Shown here in pieces: positions 18,959 through 26,692 of a stretch of 59,266 nt of DNA. Under the pieces are notes generated by a model. That model was not told where the DNA came from and did not search any database. It was given only the letters and a program-made list of their open reading frames with translations. This DNA comes from an uncultured Candidatus Saccharibacteria bacterium (lineage in GTDB: Bacteria > Patescibacteriota > Saccharimonadia > Saccharimonadales > JAUPVS01): assembly GCA_964627095.1 (NCBI GenBank), contig CAZVKH010000005.1, positions 16,067 to 75,332 on the forward strand, written 5' to 3'. Positions within the stretch are counted from its first letter, which is position 1. The number at the start of each line of letters is the position of its first letter. Made by a program: the position numbers and the translations under genes.

Positions 18959-19570
18959 ATGCCCAGGAAAAATCTAAATTCTAAAACATCAAAACCCAAG
19001 AAGGTATTGAAGCTATCGTTGGCCTGTGGCGACAATAAGCCCAAAGGTTTTATGGGAGTGGACATTGCCAAAACCAAGTCGGCCGACTATGTCCAGGACC
19101 TATTAAAATTTCCTTGGAAACAGTTCAAGACTGGTTCGGTCGACGAAATCGAATGCTCTCACTTCGTCGAACATATTCCACACGGCGATGGCTACAACGA
19201 TCCATTCTTTCAGTTTTTTGACGAAATCCATCGCATTCTTAAGCCGGCCACGTTTGACCCCAATAATCCTAATGTGCCGTTAACCGGTTTTGCGACCATT
19301 ACCTGCCCGTACTACTCGAGCATGCGCGCCTGGCAAGACCCCACCCACCAGCGAGCCATCTCCGAAGCCAGCTTTTTGTATCTTAATAAACAGTGGCGTG
19401 TCGACAACCGACTAGACCACTACCCGGTAACTTGCGACTTTGACTTTAGCTACGGATACGTACTAAACCCCGAGTGGCAAAGCCGCAGCGAAGATGCCCG
19501 TAACTTTGCCGTCCAGCACTACATTAACTCCGTAAACGATATCCAAGTTATTCTTACCAAGCGAGGCTAA
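18959..19570 (+). CDS. Class I SAM-dependent methyltransferase
   Basis: SAM motif I LKLSLACGDNKPKGFMGVDI, then YVQDL and VDEIECSHFVEHIP. SD aaggag lies upstream. Confidence 0.72.
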   Translation: MPRKNLNSKTSKPKKVLKLSLACGDNKPKGFMGVDIAKTKSADYVQDLLKFPWKQFKTGSVDEIECSHFVEHIPHGDGYNDPFFQFFDEIHRILKPATFDPNNPNVPLTGFATITCPYYSSMRAWQDPTHQRAISEASFLYLNKQWRVDNRLDHYPVTCDFDFSYGYVLNPEWQSRSEDARNFAVQHYINSVNDIQVILTKRG

Positions 19571-19573
19571 CCA

Positions 19574-20464
19574 GTGCGCCTAGCTCTTCGCTTCGGTCTT
19601 GTCGGCGTCTTTGTTTTGGCGTTGGCGGGCACGGCGGTAGCAGCCACACCACAACGGCCACCGGGCGTACAAGTTAAGCCTTTGCGCGCCTATCCAAACC
19701 AAGCACCCGGCCAAACCACCAACGGCAGTTTTACTGTTACGAACAATACTGATCAGCCGCAAGAAGTCAGCTTTGCGGCCGAACGCTTCAAAACCATCGA
19801 CGAAGACTATAATTACGCCTTTGACAAAGATGTTATTACCGACTGGGTCGACTTTAAAGAACCGAACATGGAACTCAAACCCAAGCAAAGTAAGGTCCAA
19901 AATTATACTATTGCCGTACCGGCCGATGCCACACCTGGCGGTCGCTACATTGCCTTACTAACAAGCGTCACACCAAAGTCCGACCAGCAAAGCGTCACCC
20001 AGATCAACCGTGTTGCCTCGTTAGTATATTTAGAGGTTACCGGCAAGATAACCCGTACCGTTCAACTATTAAGCACTGATGTCCCCAGTCTTGTCGAGAA
20101 ACCCCAGACCGAGGCCATCATACGATTGGCCAACACCGGTAATAGCCACTATCGGGCTCGCGTCGGCCTATCGGTTGGGCGCTGGCCATCAACCAATAAT
20201 ATAACCAAGTCGCAACCAGAAACTGTTTTGCTACCAGGAACCGTTCGTAAAGTTTCCGAAACCATAAATTTACCTAAAATTCCAGGCGTTTACAAAATTA
20301 CTGTAGATTTTTCTCCGCCGCAAGGGGGCAAGACCAGTCTAACCCGCACCGTCGTGTACACACCGGTGTGGTTTATTGGCCTGTTTGTCGCTGTGCTGGG
20401 CGGGCTGGTTATATCTCTGTTTCGGTGGCGTTCGCGCAGTTCACGCAAAAAGAAGCAACAGTAG
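19574..20464 (+). CDS. Secreted two-domain protein with C-terminal TM anchor (CscA / DUF916-DUF3324-like), copy 1
   Basis: GTG start. Signal peptide LVGVFVLALAGTAVAA. Motifs LKPKQSKV...VPADATPGGRYIALL, NTGNSHY and LLPGTVRKV. C-terminal helix WFIGLFVAVLGGLVISLF plus RWRSRSSRKKKQQ. Clear paralog of 22136..23140. Confidence 0.62.
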   Translation: MRLALRFGLVGVFVLALAGTAVAATPQRPPGVQVKPLRAYPNQAPGQTTNGSFTVTNNTDQPQEVSFAAERFKTIDEDYNYAFDKDVITDWVDFKEPNMELKPKQSKVQNYTIAVPADATPGGRYIALLTSVTPKSDQQSVTQINRVASLVYLEVTGKITRTVQLLSTDVPSLVEKPQTEAIIRLANTGNSHYRARVGLSVGRWPSTNNITKSQPETVLLPGTVRKVSETINLPKIPGVYKITVDFSPPQGGKTSLTRTVVYTPVWFIGLFVAVLGGLVISLFRWRSRSSRKKKQQ

Positions 20465-20468
20465 CTAC

Positions 20469-21026
20469 CTATTCGGTTTGCGGTACGGCGGTGTATACAA
20501 CCGTACTGGTATAGTTACCGGCCGGCTTGGAATTATCTACTTTAACACCGTAGGTTACGGTTGTTGTATCACCTGAGCTAAACGGACCAACCCCATTCTT
20601 AATAAGTACGTCGCTAGCGGTAATGCCAACGTAGTTTGCGCCAGCATCGGTGTTGTAGCCCCAGGTATTAGTAGCCAGGGAAGCGGGCAGACCATTAGCA
20701 CTGGCCGGTATAGTAAAGGCGCCGTTGGCCATATCGGTGCTAGACAGCGATCTAATGTAGAGCTTATAGCCGACGACATCCGTTGAGGTAACTGTGACGG
20801 CATTATTGGCCGTACCTAGTGTACCGCTGTCGGTTGGGGTAACCTGAATTAAAACGTTACCACCGGTGCTGATCGACAAACTAGTGGCCGCGCCGTAGGG
20901 AACATTGGCGCCAAACTTACCGGTGCCAAAGGGCTGGGCGCCGACCACAACTGGTAAGGCAACGGTTATCCACAGACTAACCGCCACAATCAGCAATCTT
21001 AGTCCACGTAATCGGTTTGCATTCAT
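20469..21026 (-). CDS. Secreted beta-rich surface subunit, WxL-domain-like (Tyr variant)
   Basis: Signal peptide LLIVAVSLWITVALPVVVGAQP. Contains TVTSTDVVGYKLYI and the C-terminal PAGNYTSTVVYTAVPQTE, with Tyr where WxL proteins have Trp. Confidence 0.55.
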   Translation of the reverse strand: MNANRLRGLRLLIVAVSLWITVALPVVVGAQPFGTGKFGANVPYGAATSLSISTGGNVLIQVTPTDSGTLGTANNAVTVTSTDVVGYKLYIRSLSSTDMANGAFTIPASANGLPASLATNTWGYNTDAGANYVGITASDVLIKNGVGPFSSGDTTTVTYGVKVDNSKPAGNYTSTVVYTAVPQTE

Positions 21027-21076
21027 ACGTCGTATGTTACACTATGCTTATGGATAAATCACGGGGAGTGAGTATT

Positions 21077-22084
21077 GTGTTGAAGCGTTTTTCATATAAA
21101 TTCAGTGCTTTTATGTTCACTCTGGCTACCGTTCTTTTTGCCTTTAGCGGCACCGCCTCGGCCGCCCAAATGACATCGCGTAAAGTAACCATTGGTTCAT
21201 CGGTAGCATCAGCCACCACAACCTATTCGTTTAACTTCACCTTGCCATCGGCCACCGTTGTGCAGTCGTTTGGTGCTCAAATCTGTACCACCGCATCTGG
21301 TGCCTGTTCAACACCATCGGGCTTTTCACAATCCTCGTCTACGCTAACTGCTCAACCAACCAACCTTGGTGATGCTTCGGGCTGGACGGTGAGTACTGCG
21401 ACTTCGGGAGAATTGCGACTCAGTAAATCCGGCAACGTGGCCGCTCCTGGCGGTGCCGTAACCGTTGGCTTTAGTAACGTCGTTAACCCGAGTGCAACTA
21501 ACAGTACATTCTTTGCCCGCATGACAACCTACTCGGCCGCTAACTGGACTGGCGCCATCGACACCGGTACCGTCGCCGCCTCGACAGCTGGTCAAATTAC
21601 TGTTACCGCCAGTGTCGACGAAACGTTAACGTTTACACTATCGGCTGCCACCGTAGCTCTTGGCACATTAACCACCGCCACAACCGGCAGCGGCACCTCC
21701 ACCATGACCGCCTCAACCAACGGTACAACTGGCTATGCCATTACCGTAAACGGAGCCACTCTAACGTCGGGTGGTAACACTATAGCCGCGCTTGCTTCGC
21801 AAACAGCCTCGACCCAAAACTCTAGCCAGTTCGGCATCAACTTAAAAGCCAACACCACACCCAGCGTCGGCTCTGATGTAACTGGTACCGGCTCAGGTGC
21901 CGCCACCGCCAACTACGACACAGCCGATCAGTTCCGCTTCGTAACCGGTGATACCGTCGCCTCGGCCAGTGCCGCCACTAACTCGAACACCTTTACGGTC
22001 AGCTATATAGCCAACATTAGTGGCTCACAGCAAGCTGGTTCATACTCAACCACGCTAACCTACATTGCCACGGCAACATTCTAG
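21077..22084 (+). CDS. Secreted beta-rich surface subunit, WxL-domain-like (Tyr variant), large
   Basis: GTG 21077 follows SD ggggag and gives the signal peptide VLKRFSYKFSAFMFTLATVLFAFSGTASAAQ. Contains TNGTTGYAITVNG and ends AGSYSTTLTYIATATF. The ORF-track start at 21017 overlaps the divergent gene. Confidence 0.58.
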   Translation: MLKRFSYKFSAFMFTLATVLFAFSGTASAAQMTSRKVTIGSSVASATTTYSFNFTLPSATVVQSFGAQICTTASGACSTPSGFSQSSSTLTAQPTNLGDASGWTVSTATSGELRLSKSGNVAAPGGAVTVGFSNVVNPSATNSTFFARMTTYSAANWTGAIDTGTVAASTAGQITVTASVDETLTFTLSAATVALGTLTTATTGSGTSTMTASTNGTTGYAITVNGATLTSGGNTIAALASQTASTQNSSQFGINLKANTTPSVGSDVTGTGSGAATANYDTADQFRFVTGDTVASASAATNSNTFTVSYIANISGSQQAGSYSTTLTYIATATF

Positions 22085-22120
22085 ATACACTTTTTAGTTC
22101 CAGATATTAACACCAAATGA

Positions 22121-22126
22121 TATAAT
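22121..22126 (+). promoter_or_regulatory. Extended -10 box just upstream of a start codon
   Basis: TGaTATAAT lies 9 nt before ATG 22136. Confidence 0.45.
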
Positions 22127-22135
22127 TTCAACAAG

Positions 22136-23140
22136 ATGGGAAATCAGGGAATTTCGCGCGTCACCGAACGCCTGGTCATCGCTATAATCAGCGTCACCCT
22201 TATTCTGACCGCTTTTATCATTCCGCTGCTTTCACCAAAATTGGCTCACGCCGATGACTCGCAAGGCCTCCAGGTTTCGCCGGTAATCGTTGATCTGAAC
22301 AGCGAAAAGGGTGGTAGCTATAACCTAAAGCTAACCATCACCAACGTCACCGCCAACGTGCTCGATATCACCTCTAGCACCAACGACTTTACCGCCTCAG
22401 ACGAAACCGGCAACCCCAAAATCCTGACCGGTTCCGAAGATAACGACAATTCATATTCTTTGAAGTCCTGGGTTAGTGGCATCCCCGAACTCACACTGCA
22501 ACCCAAGCAAAGCCGGACCCTAACTTTTGCCGTTAATGTTCCGAGCAATGCCGAAGCTGGCGGACATTACGGGGTTATTCAGTTTATTGGCACACCACCG
22601 CCAAACCAGAGTCAGACCGTCTCGCTTAACGCCAGCGTTGGCGTCTTACTACTGGCGCGCGTGGCCGGGACTATCACCGAAAAAGTTGTCGTCAAGGATA
22701 TGTTCGGCGAACAAAATGGCAAGCGTCTAGGAGTAACGGCCAGCGGACCGGTTAATATCGTTACTCGCGTTAGCAACACTGGTAATGTTCACGTCAAGCC
22801 AATCGGCACCCTAACCGTTAAGAACATGTTCGGTCAGACTGCTAGCAGCTACCAATTTGGTGGCACCAATAAGAATGTTCTGCCTGGTACGACCCGCCGT
22901 TACGAACAAAGCTTTGATAAACGCTGGATGTTCGGTCGTTACACTGCCAAAGTAGAGGCTGCCTACGGCACCACAGGCGGCGTTCTGACGGGCGAAACTA
23001 GCTTTTGGGTTATACCATTCAGGTTCATCTTCTTGCTGCTTGTCAGCATCGTCGGGCTAGTTCTATTGATCCGCTTCTTACTTAAGCGCTACAATCAACG
23101 AATCATCCGCAAGTCCCAGCATAACCACAAAAAACGTTAG
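22136..23140 (+). CDS. Secreted two-domain protein with C-terminal TM anchor (CscA / DUF916-DUF3324-like), copy 2
   Basis: N-terminal hydrophobic signal. Motifs QVSPVIVDLN, LQPKQSRTL...VPSNAEAGGHYGVIQF, NTGNVHV and VLPGTTRRY. C-terminal helix FIFLLLVSIVGLVLLIRFLL plus a basic tail. Confidence 0.65.
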   Translation: MGNQGISRVTERLVIAIISVTLILTAFIIPLLSPKLAHADDSQGLQVSPVIVDLNSEKGGSYNLKLTITNVTANVLDITSSTNDFTASDETGNPKILTGSEDNDNSYSLKSWVSGIPELTLQPKQSRTLTFAVNVPSNAEAGGHYGVIQFIGTPPPNQSQTVSLNASVGVLLLARVAGTITEKVVVKDMFGEQNGKRLGVTASGPVNIVTRVSNTGNVHVKPIGTLTVKNMFGQTASSYQFGGTNKNVLPGTTRRYEQSFDKRWMFGRYTAKVEAAYGTTGGVLTGETSFWVIPFRFIFLLLVSIVGLVLLIRFLLKRYNQRIIRKSQHNHKKR

Positions 23141-23143
23141 GCA

Positions 23144-23878
23144 TTGATGATGCGGGCAGGGAGGGCACGTTTTGGTTCGAGCCGGCTGGTTTGGTCTTTT
23201 ATTCTTGTTGTGGCCTTACTAGCCACTGCGCTCAATCTGTCGTCCGCCAACCAAACCCAAGCCGTCAGCATCAACGGCAATCAGCCGATAACAGCCCTGG
23301 TTCTACCAATGCAACCAACCATACCGGCCATTATCGACTCGCCCAGCACCAACTCCACTGTCCAACAAACACCTCAAGTAGTAAGCGGTACTTGCCAGGC
23401 CACTCTTTTAGTTCGCATTACCAATAACGGACAGCTGGCTGGCTCAGCTACTTGCCAAGCCGATGGGACCTTTACGATCAACATCGTCTTATCAATTGGC
23501 GTGAATGTTCTGACGGCCCTTAACTACGATTCGTATGATCAGCCTGGCCCAGCCTCCGACCCAGTAACAATTACCGTAATCGAACCGGTGCCAAGCAGCA
23601 ATAACCAGCAGTCCACAGCCATGATAAGACAAGCCGTCGGAACGGATTCGCCGCAACTCATAACCAGTCTTCCTAATAAAGAACCGATTTTTCACGGTAC
23701 TGCCCTAGGGCCGCTCGCCAAGCTACTTGGTATCGACCAAGCTGTGACGCGACAATTCAACCAAACCTTCGCCATAATACTGTCGTTATTTACCGTGTCA
23801 TTAGCCGTACTAATTTTCATCATCCTGTTCAGCAGGCGCCTACTGCAATTGCTAGCCGCCTTGTTCGCAAAGCTTTAA
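23144..23878 (+). CDS. Membrane-anchored protein with Ig-like domain
   Basis: Signal/anchor LVWSFILVVALLATAL. An Ig-like segment has two Cys (VVSGTCQATLLVRITNNGQLAGSATCQADGTFTI). C-terminal TM helix FAIILSLFTVSLAVLIFIILF. It starts 3-9 nt after the upstream stop. Confidence 0.5.
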   Translation: MMMRAGRARFGSSRLVWSFILVVALLATALNLSSANQTQAVSINGNQPITALVLPMQPTIPAIIDSPSTNSTVQQTPQVVSGTCQATLLVRITNNGQLAGSATCQADGTFTINIVLSIGVNVLTALNYDSYDQPGPASDPVTITVIEPVPSSNNQQSTAMIRQAVGTDSPQLITSLPNKEPIFHGTALGPLAKLLGIDQAVTRQFNQTFAIILSLFTVSLAVLIFIILFSRRLLQLLAALFAKL

Positions 23879-23931
23879 CAACTGCCAGGTTGATGTAAAT
23901 TTTATAGTATTCAAGCGCTTATGCTTGGTGC

Positions 23932-23937
23932 TACAAT
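23932..23937 (+). promoter_or_regulatory. sigma70-type promoter (TTCAAG-N16-TGcTACAAT) feeding a ~200-nt leader
   Basis: The -35-like TTCAAG is at 23910-23915 and the extended -10 GTGcTACAAT ends at 23937. The next credible SD-led start is ATG 24151. Confidence 0.45.
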
Positions 23938-24150
23938 ACTGTCAAGCCATGTGTGGGCTGGCCAATTTTTTGGACTTCCTCCATACAGACTTCATTTCAG
24001 GCAACCACACCGTTTCGGTCACTGCGCGCCTCATATCTAACATTCAGCTTCTTGCGTTCAAAAGTACATCATAGCGGTGATCTACTCTTGCAAGCAGCTC
24101 AACTCCAAAATCCGTTTACCTCAGTAATAACATCTGATAGGAGTTTAGAT

Positions 24151-24399
24151 ATGGAATCAATCAATAGTATCGTCAACGTTAGTGCCTTCTACTTTCACCG
24201 CAGCCCGCACAGTTTAAAGTCATTCCCACGCCAAATCGAATTCGGCAATACCCGCTGCACTTTTAAAGATGGTTTTCAGTACCTAGTAAAGAACGGGGAG
24301 AGAATAGTGCGCCTATTCGACATGACCGATGGTCAGACAACCTACCGCCTACGCAACGAGAACGACAGCTGGGTATTAGTTGGAACCAGACCGGCTTAG
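24151..24399 (+). CDS. Small hypothetical protein (82 aa)
   Basis: SD ataggag lies 8 nt before ATG 24151. The 66 upstream codons of ORF 23953..24399 are low-complexity S/T/F/L and look non-coding. Confidence 0.45.
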   Translation: MESINSIVNVSAFYFHRSPHSLKSFPRQIEFGNTRCTFKDGFQYLVKNGERIVRLFDMTDGQTTYRLRNENDSWVLVGTRPA

Positions 24400-25340
24400 C
24401 TAGATTTGGGCTGTGTGGTGAACAATTTTACAAAGATGATAAAGCCAACCAAGATTACCGGGAAGATCACACCCAGCCCAATCAACGCCGCTTTGTCGTA
24501 AGCCTGCGCCCCGTAGGCTGTGTCCAATAGTCCTGGGTAGAGTAAATAGGGACGATTGGCCAGAGCCCACACCACCGGCGCCGCGATTGCCACCACCGAC
24601 AAGCCCCACCACAAACGCTGTTCTTTATGAGTCAGTAAAAGTACTGCTGTAAATAGCAGTAGAAGATCCAACAAAACTGTCCAGGCCACAAACGGTGCTC
24701 CCATAAGATGATTAGTCGAGCTGGTCAGAACCGTCTGCAAGCCCAAAGTCCCCAGACCAGCAAAGGCCACTGTTAAACCGGTAGAAGTCAGTCGCAGGCG
24801 ATTTGATATGGCTTGCTGACGAGAAAGGCTATATTGCATAAAGCTAACGGCCAGCGCCAATATTCCGGCTAGAGCCGTGGCGGCAAACACCCAGCCAGTT
24901 GTTGTCTGCCAGAACTGGGCACCTGTCAGCAGACGAATACCAGCCGCCGCAAAGCACATCGGCACTAGCAGGCTGACCAAAACAAACAGGGCATTACCGA
25001 CATTCCAACCAAGTTGGTTGCGGTGGTAGTACAAGTAAAGCACCAAACAACCCCGCGCCACGATACCAACCATCGCCAAGGTTAAAACTGTAAAGACGGC
25101 TTCGCTGGTGGCTTGTAGACCGTTATTAAAGAAGACCACAAAACCGGTAAAGCCAAACACTAAAAAGACGTTAGTAATTTCCCATAGTGGTGTGAACATA
25201 TTGCGATTGGTGCCAGTATCAAGCCCACGGCGGCCAGTGATACGCAACAAGCCAATCCCTAGCTCTAAGCTACTCATCCAGCCATAAACACCGAACAGCA
25301 ACGCTACCAAGAACAGAGCGATTTCAGGCATCGACATCAC
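24396..25340 (-). CDS. cydB: Cytochrome bd-type oxidase subunit II
   Basis: 314-aa polytopic membrane protein immediately downstream of cydA, overlapping it by 17 nt. Confidence 0.82.
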   Translation of the reverse strand: MMSMPEIALFLVALLFGVYGWMSSLELGIGLLRITGRRGLDTGTNRNMFTPLWEITNVFLVFGFTGFVVFFNNGLQATSEAVFTVLTLAMVGIVARGCLVLYLYYHRNQLGWNVGNALFVLVSLLVPMCFAAAGIRLLTGAQFWQTTTGWVFAATALAGILALAVSFMQYSLSRQQAISNRLRLTSTGLTVAFAGLGTLGLQTVLTSSTNHLMGAPFVAWTVLLDLLLLFTAVLLLTHKEQRLWWGLSVVAIAAPVVWALANRPYLLYPGLLDTAYGAQAYDKAALIGLGVIFPVILVGFIIFVKLFTTQPKSS

Positions 25341-26640
25341 GTACCGCCTGGTGGTTCATAGTTTTACGCAGGATAACAACCGCCAACACTAGCAGGGTTA
25401 AGAAGAATACCGGGAAGATAAAGCCAAACTTGATAACCGCCTGGTTGGTAGTCAAGGCGTCCGCCACCTTCAAATAGCCATGCACGATGTAGGGCTGTCG
25501 GCCCAATTCGGTCAGGAGCCAGCCGAACATGGTGGCAAAGACCGCTAAAACACCACATGACATCAGGGCGATAAGCATCGGTTTGCTATAGGCTGCCCGG
25601 CGCTTTTTAAAGACCAGTAGCCCTAGGAACAGACTAGGGATCAATACTATTAGGATGCCGCAGAGCACCATGCCGTCAAAGAAATAGTGCACTACTAAAC
25701 TCGGCCGCTCATCCTCCGGGAACTCGTTCAGGCCTTTGACTTCGGCGCCAAAGTTATTGGCAGCCAGGAAGCTTAGTAGGCTAGGTATCTTAATTCCGTA
25801 TTTAATCTCGCCATCTTTAACGATTCCGCCAATTGTTAACGGAGCATTTCTTTGGGTTTCCATCAAACCTTCAGCCGCCGCCAATTTATAAGGCTCGTGT
25901 TTGGCCAAGTATTTACCAGACTGGTCACCAACTATGGCCGTCAGAATTCCAAATACCAGGCCAACGATCGCCAAAGCCACAATTACTTTCTTAAACCAAG
26001 GCCGGTCAGCCTGGTGCTTTTTCTTTAGGTAGAGCCAGATGTAGATTGATAAGAACACAAAGGCGCAGGCCGTAATATAACCCAGTATCGAATGCACCAC
26101 TGTCGTATAGGTAGCGGGGTTAAACATCGCTTGGAAGGTATTACTCTCGATCGGGTTACCATCTTGGCCGAGTAAAAAGCCTCGTGGCTGATTCATGAAA
26201 GCATTAACTGTGGTGATAAACACGGCTGAGCCCATCGAGCCGATCACCATCGGGATACTGCACAGCCAGTGATAGATCGGTTTAAAGCGATCCCACGACA
26301 GCATGTAGATACTCAAGAAGACGGCTTCTATCATAAAGAAGGTGCCCTCGAGGGCAAAGGCCAGACCAACCGGCTTGTTAATAAACTCCAAGAAGCGCGG
26401 CCAGAACAAGTTGAATTGTAAGCTGATCACAGTTCCCGACACGGCACCGACTACAAATAAAATTACCAGCGCCTTCGACCAAGTTCGGGCCAGTGCTCGA
26501 GCCTTGGGTCGGTGACGGACAATACCATATAGTTCGGTAGCCGAAATTAACAGCGGTAGAGCCACGCCAAAGATAATGAATAGGAGGTGAAAGGCCAGGC
26601 TATCACCCATTAATGCTCGTCCGGCTGAAACTCTTTCCAT
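25324..26640 (-). CDS. cydA: Cytochrome bd-type oxidase subunit I
   Basis: The N-terminal pattern SLAFHLLFIIFGVALPLL, with a heme-ligand-type His, and the overall 9-TM layout fit CydA. At 438 aa it is a short Q-loop form. Confidence 0.88.
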   Translation of the reverse strand: MERVSAGRALMGDSLAFHLLFIIFGVALPLLISATELYGIVRHRPKARALARTWSKALVILFVVGAVSGTVISLQFNLFWPRFLEFINKPVGLAFALEGTFFMIEAVFLSIYMLSWDRFKPIYHWLCSIPMVIGSMGSAVFITTVNAFMNQPRGFLLGQDGNPIESNTFQAMFNPATYTTVVHSILGYITACAFVFLSIYIWLYLKKKHQADRPWFKKVIVALAIVGLVFGILTAIVGDQSGKYLAKHEPYKLAAAEGLMETQRNAPLTIGGIVKDGEIKYGIKIPSLLSFLAANNFGAEVKGLNEFPEDERPSLVVHYFFDGMVLCGILIVLIPSLFLGLLVFKKRRAAYSKPMLIALMSCGVLAVFATMFGWLLTELGRQPYIVHGYLKVADALTTNQAVIKFGFIFPVFFLTLLVLAVVILRKTMNHQAVRDVDA

Positions 26641-26692
26641 GGAATATTTTAAACTCTTATGGTTGTAGTATAACTGGACTTAAGCACTTTGC

